The notes under the pieces are model-generated. The model saw only the letters and a program-made list of their open reading frames with translations. It did not search any database and was not told the origin of the DNA. A program made the translations under genes and the position numbers. This document shows, one piece after another, positions 37,860 to 50,864 of a stretch of 64,000 nt of DNA; positions within the stretch are counted from its first letter, which is position 1; each line of letters starts with the position of its first letter. The stretch is from Acidimicrobiia bacterium (GTDB taxonomy: Bacteria > Actinomycetota > Acidimicrobiia > Spongiisociales > Spongiisociaceae), in the NCBI GenBank assembly GCA_022827785.1, contig JAJEIM010000031.1, forward strand, positions 32,549-96,548. The letters run 5' to 3'.

Positions 37860-39221
37860 TCACTCACATGCTTCGGCCGAGCGAGCGCGGAACCTCCAGA
37901 TCAGCATCATGGCCATGGCGGCCGCGAAGTTGAGAACTACACCTGCCCAGGGTAGGTCATAGGTCCCGAACGTGTCCACGCCCCATCCGAAGACCACCGG
38001 TCCTATGGTCAGGCCCACGGCGAACCCGAGCACGATCGACCCGGTGCTCTGTCCGGTCTGCTTGGGCCCGGACACCATGATGGCGGCCATCATGCCGACC
38101 GACATCCACGCGCCCGTGCTCGCCCCGACCAGCACCGCCCCGATCCAGATCAGGTAGGGGCTGGTGTAGGCGGCCACCCAGGTGGCGGCGAAAGCGCCCG
38201 CCGAGATGGCGCCGATCGCCAGCAGCGGGACGGAGGGATGCCCGGATCGTTCTGCGATCCATCCCCACACCACGCGGCACAAGGCGCCGGACCCGCCCGA
38301 TACGGCGATCACGGTGCCCGCCAAGGTGACACCCATGTCCAGGTTCTCCTGGGCGAAGAGAGGTACGAAGGCCGAGTACGTACCCACCCCGATCCCCATC
38401 GTGATGCCGTAGGCGGAGAGCCAGCGGACGGCCACGGGTAGACGGCTCCGGCGCATCCCGGCCTCCCTCGCCGGAGCCGGAGCGCGGGGTGCGGAGGGCA
38501 CGACGGCGAGAGTGGAGGCTATTCCCACCAGCGCCACCAGGGAGGCAAGCACCAGCGCCATCCGCCATCCCACCCGCTCCGCCGTCACCGGCAGGGTCAA
38601 CCCGGCGACCAGGATCCCGATCTGCACCCCCGACTGCTTGATCCCGGTTATCCAGCCGCGGGATCCGGCCGGAACGTTGTCGACGATGATGTTGTTGGTG
38701 GCCGAGTTGGCCCCGGCGGCCGGCAGCCCGGCTATCCCGCCGAACACCAGCAGGGACCAGAAGTCCCAGGAGAAGGACATGGTCATCAGGCCCAGGAAGA
38801 CGAACAACAGCATCAGGACCTGGGTGTAACGGCCGCTGAGCCGGTCGGCCAGTACCCCGAACGGGATGCTGGTGATCATGATCGCGAAAGCGTGGAAGGT
38901 GGCAATCGCTCCGATTTCGGTCCTGGTGAGGCCCAGGTCATCGATGAAGAACCGGGACAGTATCCCGATGACCGGGCCGGGTGTCATCGAGAGGGCCATC
39001 GCCCCGGCGAGGACGGCCGATAGTCCCACGAGGCCGACCCTGCGGGGTACTACGGGGTCCGGATCGAGAGGATGGTCGATGCTGTTGCTCTCCCTCGTTG
39101 GCAGGCGGGAGGGTACTCCCCGTCCGGGCCCGGTCGCTGCCGGCGAGCTGCTACCCGTCCCCGTCGACGCGTAGTCCCGACACCGAGCCGTCCGGCGCCA
39201 CTCCCAGTCCTGGGGCGTCAC
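37860..39221 (-). CDS. MFS transporter
   Basis: About 12 TM helices with the MFS motif GVLADRLSGRY. The N-terminal ~50 aa of the track ORF are low complexity, so the true start is probably further downstream. Confidence 0.7.
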   Translation of the reverse strand: MTPQDWEWRRTARCRDYASTGTGSSSPAATGPGRGVPSRLPTRESNSIDHPLDPDPVVPRRVGLVGLSAVLAGAMALSMTPGPVIGILSRFFIDDLGLTRTEIGAIATFHAFAIMITSIPFGVLADRLSGRYTQVLMLLFVFLGLMTMSFSWDFWSLLVFGGIAGLPAAGANSATNNIIVDNVPAGSRGWITGIKQSGVQIGILVAGLTLPVTAERVGWRMALVLASLVALVGIASTLAVVPSAPRAPAPAREAGMRRSRLPVAVRWLSAYGITMGIGVGTYSAFVPLFAQENLDMGVTLAGTVIAVSGGSGALCRVVWGWIAERSGHPSVPLLAIGAISAGAFAATWVAAYTSPYLIWIGAVLVGASTGAWMSVGMMAAIMVSGPKQTGQSTGSIVLGFAVGLTIGPVVFGWGVDTFGTYDLPWAGVVLNFAAAMAMMLIWRFRARSAEACE

Positions 39222-40320
39222 CCAGGACCAGTGCCCCGTTCACAAGCTGTGGGAAGGGCTGGGCCAGGCCTTCGCGGAGCGGGTTGGGATTGGAGTCGAC
39301 CTCGAGCATGCCGTCACCACCCGCTGCTGCCAGCAGGTGAGCGGAAGCCACGACCCCGATTCCCGCCCCGAGATGGTGGGGGCAGTAGCGGCGGCCGGCT
39401 GCCAGGATCCGCCTGGCGACCGGCAGGCATCCCGAGATGCCGCCCCACTTGGTGACGTCCGGCTGGATCACGGCCAGCGCCCCGGTGGCGATCGCCCTGC
39501 CGAAGGCCGCTTCGCCGTACAGGTTCTCGCCGCCCGCCAGGGGGATGGGAGAGTCGTCGGCCAGGCTCCTCCAGTCGGCGCCGGGCCGGTCGGCGGGGAT
39601 CGGTTCCTCCAGCCAGGCCGGCGCGTAGGGCGCAAGCGAGCGGATCATCGACCTGGCCACGTCGGGGGACCAAGCCTGGTTGGCATCCAAGGCGACGGTG
39701 GTTTCCCGGCCCAACTCGCTCCGCATCCGGTCGAGGTTGGCGAGGTCGCGCCGCTCCCCGAAGCCGACCTTCAGCTTGAAGGCGCGGTGGCCCTCCGCCC
39801 GGGCCGAAGCGGCCTGTCCGGCTGGATCCTCCGGTCCTATCCCGCTGGCGTAGGCCGGCACCCGCCCGCTTCCCGAATCGCCGAGGAGCCGCCAGAGCGG
39901 CAGGCCGGCCCGCCGCGCCACCATGTCCCAGAGTGAGATGTCGATGCCGGCGATGCACTGGGCGAACGGTCCCGGTTCCCCCGCCTGGATGCCGAGCAGT
40001 CTGGAGCTTTCCGTCAGGTGATCGAACACGGCCTCGGGCCCGGACCACTGCCTGCCGACGATGGCCGGTGCCAGCACCCGGGAGATCAGGTCGGCCCGGT
40101 AACCGGCGGCGGGTTCGGGAAAGTTGCACCACACCTCCCCGTATCCCGTGGTTCCGTCGTCGGATCGGGTGGTGACCACCACCGCCGGACGGTCTTCCAT
40201 GGTCCCGAAGGAGGTCCTTACCGGGCGGGCGACGGGGGCGCGGTAGACCTGGACCGCCAGCGACTCGATGGTGAACGGGTCGGTGGCGGGGCCGCCGCAA
40301 GTGGTGTCGATAGCGCTCAT
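39151..40320 (-). CDS. Enolase-superfamily enzyme, mandelate racemase/muconate lactonizing enzyme family
   Basis: KLKVGFGERRDLANLDRMRSELG...VALDANQAW...LEEP...DVTKWGG are the MR/MLE metal-ligand and KxK motifs. It diverges from the sulfatase gene. Confidence 0.75.
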   Translation of the reverse strand: MSAIDTTCGGPATDPFTIESLAVQVYRAPVARPVRTSFGTMEDRPAVVVTTRSDDGTTGYGEVWCNFPEPAAGYRADLISRVLAPAIVGRQWSGPEAVFDHLTESSRLLGIQAGEPGPFAQCIAGIDISLWDMVARRAGLPLWRLLGDSGSGRVPAYASGIGPEDPAGQAASARAEGHRAFKLKVGFGERRDLANLDRMRSELGRETTVALDANQAWSPDVARSMIRSLAPYAPAWLEEPIPADRPGADWRSLADDSPIPLAGGENLYGEAAFGRAIATGALAVIQPDVTKWGGISGCLPVARRILAAGRRYCPHHLGAGIGVVASAHLLAAAGGDGMLEVDSNPNPLREGLAQPFPQLVNGALVLGDAPGLGVAPDGSVSGLRVDGDG

Positions 40321-40365
40321 GGTCGCGAGTATGGTTACCGCCGTCGGCAAAGGCCAGGAAGGTCG

Positions 40366-42615
40366 ATGAGCCCCAGCACTGATCCGGGCGCAGCGCAGGA
40401 CGCTCCGAGCTACCCGGAGCCGGATTTCGAGGGTGTGATCGGGCCCGACTTCCGGGAGTCGGTTCCGTGGTGGCCGGCGATGGCGAACGATGCCCGCGGC
40501 AAGCCGGACGTCGTGCTGGTGGTGCTGGACGATGTCGGCTTCGCCGGTCTCGGGTGCTACGGGGCCGAGGTGGATACGCCCGTTATGGATGCGCTGGCGG
40601 AGCGGGGGCTGCGTTTCAACGACTTCAACGTCACCCCGCTGTGCTCACCGACCCGCGCCTGCGTGCTCACCGGGCGCAACCATCACAGCGTAGGGATGGC
40701 CTACCTGTCGAATGTCGACTCGGGGTTCCCCGGACACCGCGGCCGGGTGACGAAGTCGGCCGGCAACCTGGGAGAGGTGCTGGCGGGTGCCGGCTATGCA
40801 ACGATGGCGATCGGCAAGTGGCATCTGGCGCCCCTCGAGGAGACCACTGCCGCCGGTCCCTACGACGAGTGGCCGCTGGGACGCGGGTTCGGTCGCTACT
40901 ACGGCTTCCTCGACGCCCTCACCGATCATTTCTACCCTGACGTGGTGGAGGACAACCACCGGGTGGATCCGCCGGGCAGTCCCGAGGACGGCTACCACCT
41001 GACCGAGGACCTGATCGACCACGCCATCTCCTACGTGAGCGACCAGGTCTCGGTCAAGCCCGAGCAGCCCTTCTTCCTCTACGCGGCCTTCGGCACGGCT
41101 CACTGTCCCCACCAGGCCCCCCAGGAGTATCTGGACAAGTACCGCGGGCGTTACGACGAGGGTTGGGACGTGGTTCGCGAGCGCCGCTTCGCCCGCCAGA
41201 AGGAGATGGGGATCGTTCCCGAGGATGCGGTTCTGGCGCCGCTCAACCCGGGCGTGGAGGCTTGGGCCGACCTCACCCCTAACCAGCAGAAGCTCTTCGC
41301 CCGTTTCCAGGAGGCATACGCAGCCATGCTGGACCATACGGACGCCCAGTTGGGTCGGCTGGTGGACTTCCTGGAGTCGATCGGGCGGCTCGACAACACG
41401 GTCTTCGTGGTCCTTTCCGACAACGGGGCCAGCCAGGAGGGAGGGCCGGACGGCGGGGCCGACATCGTGACCTACGAGGAGGACCGCTTCTGCACCGTGG
41501 ACTTCAACATGGAGCGGTTCGACACCATCGGCGGCCCGCACTCCCAGACCAACATCCCGTGGGGATGGGCGCAGGCCGCCAACACCCCCCTGCGCTGGTA
41601 CAAGCAGAACACCTACGCGGGCGGGGTGCGGACCCCGATGATCGTCTCCTGGCCGGAAGGCCTGGCGGACACCGGCGGCGTGAGAACGCGGTTCGTCCAC
41701 GCCATCGACATCGCCCCCACCATCCTGGATCTCGTGGATGTGGCGCCCAAGTCCTCGTACGGCGGTGTGGACCAGATGCCCTACCACGGTGCCAGCATCC
41801 GCGATGTGCTGGACGACCCCGGCGCTCCCGCCCCTCGCGACCGGCAGTACTTCGAGATGATCGGCCACCGGGCCATGTGGCAGGACGGCTGGAAGGCCCT
41901 CACCCGGCACCGGCGGAACGAACCCTTCGAGGACGATCCTTGGGAGCTGTACCACATCGACTCCGATTTCTCCGAATGCAAAGATGTGGCCGCCGAACAC
42001 CCCGACAAGCTGGCCGATCTGGTTGGGCGGTGGTCGGAGGAGGCCTCCCGGTACTCGGTGTTCCCGCTCGACGACCGCTACCTGGCGGTGAGGGCTTCCA
42101 CTTTCCAGACTCCCGGTACGCCGAGGGCGAGGGACACGTTCTCATACCTCGGCGGTTCGAGCCGGGTGCCGGGCGCCGCCACCCCGCTGGTGTTCAACCG
42201 GGACTTCAGGATCACGGCCCGGATCGCCCCACTGGGCGCGGCTGACGAGGGGGTGCTGGTGGCAGTGGGCGATGTGAGCGGAGGCTACGTCCTGTACCTG
42301 GCCGGCGGGCACCTCGTGTTCGAGTACTGCTACCTCGGTGAACGCCAGACGCTTGCCTCGTCCGATCCGGTGATCCCAGGGGCGACCGAACTGTCGTTCC
42401 GGTTCGCGAGGACCGGGGACTACCGGGGCATCGGCCGGCTGGAAGCCGACGGCCGGACTCTCGGCGAGATGGAGATGGCCTCCATGGCCCGGGGCATGAT
42501 CTCCTGGGGGTCTCTCAGCGTCGGCGCCGACACGCTGTCCCCGGTGAGCAGTTCTTACGAGGGCGAGTTCCCCTACACAGGAAGCCTGGAGAGAGTCGAC
42601 TTCGACCTCGGCTGA
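40366..42615 (+). CDS. Arylsulfatase (formylglycine-dependent sulfatase family)
   Basis: VVLVVLDDVGFAGLGCYG...TPLCSPTRACVLTGR carries the C-x-P-x-R motif. The ATG at 40366 has a ggaagg Shine-Dalgarno; the track ORF's longer N-terminus overlaps the divergent gene. Confidence 0.8.
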   Translation: MSPSTDPGAAQDAPSYPEPDFEGVIGPDFRESVPWWPAMANDARGKPDVVLVVLDDVGFAGLGCYGAEVDTPVMDALAERGLRFNDFNVTPLCSPTRACVLTGRNHHSVGMAYLSNVDSGFPGHRGRVTKSAGNLGEVLAGAGYATMAIGKWHLAPLEETTAAGPYDEWPLGRGFGRYYGFLDALTDHFYPDVVEDNHRVDPPGSPEDGYHLTEDLIDHAISYVSDQVSVKPEQPFFLYAAFGTAHCPHQAPQEYLDKYRGRYDEGWDVVRERRFARQKEMGIVPEDAVLAPLNPGVEAWADLTPNQQKLFARFQEAYAAMLDHTDAQLGRLVDFLESIGRLDNTVFVVLSDNGASQEGGPDGGADIVTYEEDRFCTVDFNMERFDTIGGPHSQTNIPWGWAQAANTPLRWYKQNTYAGGVRTPMIVSWPEGLADTGGVRTRFVHAIDIAPTILDLVDVAPKSSYGGVDQMPYHGASIRDVLDDPGAPAPRDRQYFEMIGHRAMWQDGWKALTRHRRNEPFEDDPWELYHIDSDFSECKDVAAEHPDKLADLVGRWSEEASRYSVFPLDDRYLAVRASTFQTPGTPRARDTFSYLGGSSRVPGAATPLVFNRDFRITARIAPLGAADEGVLVAVGDVSGGYVLYLAGGHLVFEYCYLGERQTLASSDPVIPGATELSFRFARTGDYRGIGRLEADGRTLGEMEMASMARGMISWGSLSVGADTLSPVSSSYEGEFPYTGSLERVDFDLG

Positions 42616-42694
42616 GGCTCGCCAACCTCCTCCGCGAGGCCATGCTGAAGCGAGTCCTTCCGGCCTTCGGCTTGGCGGGAGTTGTTATCGTCGG

Positions 42695-46241
<3,547 letters not shown>

Positions 46242-46285
46242 GATCGCGTTCACATGCGGCCCGATTCGCCGGAACCGCTCGCCCC

Positions 46286-47485
46286 ATGAGCGACACCGTC
46301 CTGGTGGTCGGGGTTGGTATGACCCCGTTCGTGGGCTTCCGGGCGGATGCGAGCGTCCGCGACATAGTGGTCGAGGCGTCCCGGGAGGCTCTGATCGACG
46401 CAGGCACCCGGGCGGGGCCGGTCGACATGGGCGTTGCGGCTTACGAGAGCGACCACTTCAACCGCCAGATGAGCCTGGGCCATATCCTCCAGGATGCCGT
46501 CGGGCTCGCGGGCAAGCCCATTGTCCGTGTCGAAGGCGGCGGCGCTACGGGAGCGCTCGCCATACGGACCGCGGTCATGGCGCTCCGGGCCGGGGACGCC
46601 CGGGCCGTTCTGGTCTACGGAGGTGAGACCAACGGCCACTCGGTCGATCGGGCCACCGCGACGGAGCTTCTCGCGCTTTCGGCCGATTTCGAGTGGGAGA
46701 CCCCCGTGTTCGGGACCTTCGCCGCTCCCTACGCGCTGATGATCACCGAGCACATGCGGCGGTACGGGACCACGACCGAGCAGTTCGCCGAGATCGCGGT
46801 GAAGAACAGACGCATCGCCCTGGACAATCCCTGCGCCCACAAGGGCATGTCGATCACGGTGGCGGACGTGCGTGGCTCGTCGCCGCTGTCGGATCCCTAT
46901 CGACTGTTCGACGCCAGCCTGCTCAGCGACGGCGCTGCGGCCGTGCTGCTCGCCACGCGGGAGTGGGCCGAGCAGCACTCGTCCACGTTCTCCGAGCGTC
47001 CTCCGGTGGCGGTCCTCGGCTCCGGGTCCTCCACCGACCTTCCCCGTCTCTCCGACCGGTCGGATGAACTGTTCCCCCACTTCGCCGCCAAGCGGAGGGC
47101 GGCCCGGGACGCCTACCGGATGGCCGGTATCGAGGATCCGGCGCGGGAGATCGACGTGGCCGAGGTGTACGACTCCTTCAGCGGAGCGGAACTCCAGGCC
47201 TACGAGGATCTCGGTCTGTGCCTGGTGGGGGAGGGCGGTGTGGCCGCCGCCGAGGGTCGTTTCGACCTGGGCGGCCAGGTCTGGGTCAACACTTCGGGCG
47301 GGCTGCTGGGCAGGGGATCGGCGGTCGGGGCCACCGGAATCGCCCAGGCCGTGGAGGTGGTCCGCCAACTCAGGGGAGAGGTGGCGGGCTCCCGAGCCGT
47401 TCCGGATGCCCGCATCGGAATCACCGACACCCACGCCGGCGTCGGCTCGCTGGCAGTGGTCAACGTGTTCGGGCGCACCCGATGA
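46286..47485 (+). CDS. Thiolase-like protein (SCP-x/nsLTP-type thiolase family)
   Basis: LVVGVGMTPF...thiolase fold...GLLGRGSAVGATG. It partners with the downstream DUF35 OB-fold protein. Confidence 0.75.
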   Translation: MSDTVLVVGVGMTPFVGFRADASVRDIVVEASREALIDAGTRAGPVDMGVAAYESDHFNRQMSLGHILQDAVGLAGKPIVRVEGGGATGALAIRTAVMALRAGDARAVLVYGGETNGHSVDRATATELLALSADFEWETPVFGTFAAPYALMITEHMRRYGTTTEQFAEIAVKNRRIALDNPCAHKGMSITVADVRGSSPLSDPYRLFDASLLSDGAAAVLLATREWAEQHSSTFSERPPVAVLGSGSSTDLPRLSDRSDELFPHFAAKRRAARDAYRMAGIEDPAREIDVAEVYDSFSGAELQAYEDLGLCLVGEGGVAAAEGRFDLGGQVWVNTSGGLLGRGSAVGATGIAQAVEVVRQLRGEVAGSRAVPDARIGITDTHAGVGSLAVVNVFGRTR

Positions 47486-47537
47486 GCCTGATCGAGCGGC
47501 ACTTGAGACGCTCACCGCGCGAGTTCGCCAAGCGTAG

Positions 47538-47785
47538 ACGGCAGAATCTGTCACACCCTCGTTGTACGTTGGCAATTGCCAAGCACCTACACCGACCGCA
47601 AGCGTCTCACCGATCGGAGTGGTCGGCCCGCAGGGAACATCCAGAGGCTTCACAGGGAGCGACCCGCAGACACCCGGCACCAGCCCGGGCATGGCCGAAC
47701 ACGCTCCGAACCAAGGACAGGTGGTGGCGGGGGAGGGCCCGGCGCGGGGCACCGGTTCGGCGGGGTGGCGATTTTCGCGTTCTCG
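47538..47785 (+). repeat. Dispersed conserved intergenic element, copy 3 of 4
   Basis: tgtcacaccctcgttgtacgttggcaattgccaagcacctacaccgaccgcaagcgtctcaccgatcgg...cccgggcatggccgaacacgctccgaaccaaggacaggtggtggcgggggagggcccggcgcggggcaccgg...attttcgcg is nearly identical to copy 1 over the core. It is inserted between the thiolase and its usual DUF35 partner. Confidence 0.7.
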
Positions 47786-47960
47786 GCTCGTTCCTTCTTG
47801 CCGCACGCCATGTAATGGCCCTCGTTTTCGCACCTCGGAGAAGGAGGCCCACGCGGTACTTGCGGCTCGGTCTCCGCGGGGCTGGCGCCTGATGCGGGTG
47901 ACGGGTGCCGAGCGGGGGGCCACTCCATCAGGGGATCGGTACTCCTTGATCCACATCGAG

Positions 47961-48368
47961 ATGGCCCAGCGGTACCGCCATGCGGTCGGATCGGCCGATC
48001 CTTTCTACCAGGGCCTCGAGAACGGAGTGCTGCGGGCCACCGAGTGTCCGGAGTGCGGGTCGACCTGGTTCCCCCCGCGACGGTTCTGCGATGCCGACCT
48101 GTCCGAGACCGACTGGTACGACCTGCCGGGCACGGGCAGGATCGTGGCCGCCACGCGTGTCCATATCCCGCCACCCTTCGGCGGCATCGAGGTTCCCTAC
48201 ATTCTCGCCTCGATCCGGCTCGACGGGGTGGCAGGGGGTATCACCCACCGGGTGGTTGGCAACGAAATACCGGAGCAGGGTACGGTGGTGGCGGTGACGT
48301 TCAGCAACCGCCAACCCGCCCATCCACTTTTGCGAACGGCCTTCACAGTCAAGGAGGAGACCGCGTGA
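47961..48368 (+). CDS. DUF35 family Zn-ribbon/OB-fold protein (thiolase partner)
   Basis: LRATECPECGSTWFPPRRFCDADL is the Zn ribbon, followed by an OB-fold. The start could alternatively be 47892. Confidence 0.6.
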   Translation: MAQRYRHAVGSADPFYQGLENGVLRATECPECGSTWFPPRRFCDADLSETDWYDLPGTGRIVAATRVHIPPPFGGIEVPYILASIRLDGVAGGITHRVVGNEIPEQGTVVAVTFSNRQPAHPLLRTAFTVKEETA

Positions 48369-49207
48369 CCCGACCGGTAGGCATCGAGATTTTCTACTGG
48401 CTCGACAGCTGGTCGGACGACCAGTCTGCGGCCTTCGCCAAGGCCGCCGAAGCCGGCTACGACGGGGTGGAGATCTCCCTCGTGGCCGGCCTCGATGTCG
48501 GCGTCGAGCGGATGGCGCGCACCGCCCGGTCGCTGGGCCTCGACGTGCTATGCAGCACCGGGCTGAGCCCGGCCATGGACATCTCCAGCCCCGATGCCGC
48601 GGTCCGCAGGGCCGGTGTCGATCATCTGCGACGGTGCCTCGACGACTCGGCCCGGCTGGGCAGCCCGATCCTGGGGGGAGTCACCTACGCCACCTGGATG
48701 GGTTTCTTCGACGGTGATCCGGACGGCTACCGAGAGCGATCGGCCGCAGCCATGCACGAGGTGGCCGAGTACGCATCGACCCTGGGCATTGATGTTTGTC
48801 TCGAGGTTCTCAACCGTTTCGAGACCTTCATGTTCAACACCGTGGCCGGGTGCCTGGAATACATGGAAATGGTGGGCCATCCTTCCGTGAAGGTGGAGCT
48901 GGACACGTTCCACATGAACATGGAGGAGGACGACCTCGCCGACGCCGTTCGCCTGGCCGGGAGCCGCATCGGCCATGTCCAGGTGGCCGCCAACAACCGG
49001 CGGGCGCCCCAGTACGGCCACATCGACTGGGCCTCTTTCCGCCGGGCGCTGGATGAGGCCGGTTACGAGGGTTGGGTGGTGTTCGAGACCTTTCCCAATT
49101 CGAGGGTCGAGACCGGCCGGTCCACCTATGCCTGGCGGGATCTGACCGACCGCCCCGATCAGGATGCGGCCGAGGCGGCCCGCTTCATCCGGGAGAACAT
49201 CGCATGA
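48365..49207 (+). CDS. Sugar phosphate isomerase/epimerase (xylose isomerase-like TIM barrel)
   Basis: The GTG start overlaps the upstream stop. IEIFYWLDSWSDD...AGYDGVEISL...VELDTFHMNMEE has the metal-binding His/Glu/Asp pattern of the AP endonuclease-2/xylose-isomerase fold. Confidence 0.7.
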   Translation: MTRPVGIEIFYWLDSWSDDQSAAFAKAAEAGYDGVEISLVAGLDVGVERMARTARSLGLDVLCSTGLSPAMDISSPDAAVRRAGVDHLRRCLDDSARLGSPILGGVTYATWMGFFDGDPDGYRERSAAAMHEVAEYASTLGIDVCLEVLNRFETFMFNTVAGCLEYMEMVGHPSVKVELDTFHMNMEEDDLADAVRLAGSRIGHVQVAANNRRAPQYGHIDWASFRRALDEAGYEGWVVFETFPNSRVETGRSTYAWRDLTDRPDQDAAEAARFIRENIA

Positions 49208-50217
49208 GTATCCGCACCCGGCGCTTCCTCAACGACCCCAGCCGTGCGGTGGCGGAGATGCTGGAAGGGTATGTCGCGGCCCATGCCGGCATCATCTCGC
49301 TGAGGGACGGCATGGTGGTCCGCACCGCTCCCAAGGCCGAGGGCAAGGTGGGCCTGGTGATCGGCAATGGCTCCGGCCATGAGCCGGCCATGATCGGCTG
49401 GGTGGGGGTGGGTCTGTTCGACGTCAACGTTGCGGGTCCGATCTTCTCATCGCCCGGACCCGCGGCGATCCTCCGCGGCATCGAGGCGGCAGACCGGGGC
49501 GGTGGGGTCCTCCTGCTGGTCTCCAGCCATGCCGGAGACATCATGAACGCCGAGTTGGCCATTGACGAGGCGGAGGACGGAGGCATCGAGGATGTCGAGA
49601 TGGTGGTCCTGTACGACGATGTAGCCTCGGCGCCCAAGGACCGGATCACCGAGCGCAGGGGCGGGGCCGGGCTCTTCTTCGTCTGGAAGATGGTGGGAGC
49701 GGCGGCCGACCGCGGCGACTCTCTGGAGACGTGCGCCGCGGTCGCCCGCAAGGTCCGGGATCGCACCCGCTCGCTGTCGGCGGCGACCGGCACGGTGGCC
49801 CACCCGGTGAGCGGGCAGCCCCTCGGGGACCCCGAGGACACCACCCTGTCGGTGGGTATGGGAGTCCATGGCGAGCCGGGCCACCGTCTCGGCGAGGATG
49901 TTCGGGCGGACGAGATCGCGAGCCTGATGATCGACCGGCTGGCGGACGATGCCGACCTGCCGTCCGGCGCGCAGGTGGGGCTGCTCCTCAACAACGCCGG
50001 CTCTCTCACCCTGATGGAGCTATCGGTCCTGTACCGGGGGGCTCGCGCCGCCCTGGAGCGAAAAGGCCTCGAAGTGGTCCGTTCCTGGATGGGTCCCTAT
50101 GCCACCACCCTCGACATGGCGGGATTCTCTTTCGCCATCTGCCACATGGACGGCGAACTGATCGAGCTCTACGACCGGCCCGCCAGGGGAGCGGGCTTCA
50201 CGATGGCCGGCCGGTAG
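49204..50217 (+). CDS. dhaK: Dihydroxyacetone (or related ketose) kinase subunit DhaK
   Basis: LVIGNGSGHEP...HAGDIMNAELA; ATGA overlap with the upstream gene. Confidence 0.85.
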   Translation: MSIRTRRFLNDPSRAVAEMLEGYVAAHAGIISLRDGMVVRTAPKAEGKVGLVIGNGSGHEPAMIGWVGVGLFDVNVAGPIFSSPGPAAILRGIEAADRGGGVLLLVSSHAGDIMNAELAIDEAEDGGIEDVEMVVLYDDVASAPKDRITERRGGAGLFFVWKMVGAAADRGDSLETCAAVARKVRDRTRSLSAATGTVAHPVSGQPLGDPEDTTLSVGMGVHGEPGHRLGEDVRADEIASLMIDRLADDADLPSGAQVGLLLNNAGSLTLMELSVLYRGARAALERKGLEVVRSWMGPYATTLDMAGFSFAICHMDGELIELYDRPARGAGFTMAGR

Positions 50218-50222
50218 CGGCG

Positions 50223-50864
50223 ATGATCGACCGGGACCTGGCGGTCCGGCTGGTGGTTGCGGCCAGCCGGAGGGTGGACGACCACCGGGAGGAGTTGTCC
50301 CGGCTCGACTCGGTGGCCGGTGACGGTGACCACGGGGTCAACATGGCGGCCGCCCTGGCGGAAGCGGCCCGCCGCGCCGGGGAAGACGACCACGGTAGTG
50401 CTGCCGAGGTGATGCGAGCTACCGGATCCGCCTTTCACGAGACCGTGGGCGGTGCCGCCGGCGCGCTGTTCGGCGCCTTCTTCGGAGCCCTCGCGGGTGG
50501 CCTATCCCGGTCATCGGCGCCCGACGAGAGTGGGCTCGTAGCCGGGATGGAGAAGGGTCTGGCCCGGGTGGCGCGGATCGGCAAGGCCGGACCGGGAGAC
50601 AAGACGATGATCGATGCCCTGGCCCCCGCCGTGAGCGAGGCCAGGGAGGCGATGGAGGGGGATGGCGACCTGGCGTCCGTATTGGCCGCGGCGGCCCGAG
50701 CCGCGCGAGAAGGCGCCCGGGCGACCGCGGGCATGCGGCCCTCTGCGGGGCGGGCCCGGTTCGCCCCCGATCACAGCATGGGGACCGAGGATCCCGGCGC
50801 CAATACGGTTGCCCTGATCCTCGAGTCCTGGGACGAACAGTTGAGCAGCGAGGTGACGGCATGA
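50223..50864 (+). CDS. dhaL: Dihydroxyacetone kinase subunit DhaL
   Basis: DSVAGDGDHGVNM is the DhaL ADP-binding motif. Confidence 0.85.
   Translation: MIDRDLAVRLVVAASRRVDDHREELSRLDSVAGDGDHGVNMAAALAEAARRAGEDDHGSAAEVMRATGSAFHETVGGAAGALFGAFFGALAGGLSRSSAPDESGLVAGMEKGLARVARIGKAGPGDKTMIDALAPAVSEAREAMEGDGDLASVLAAAARAAREGARATAGMRPSAGRARFAPDHSMGTEDPGANTVALILESWDEQLSSEVTA

Noticed and set aside
40018-40365. A 116-codon N-terminal extension of the arylsulfatase ORF
   Set aside because: It overlaps the divergently transcribed enolase-superfamily gene and is low complexity. The ATG at 40366, with a ggaagg Shine-Dalgarno, yields a canonical sulfatase N-terminus.
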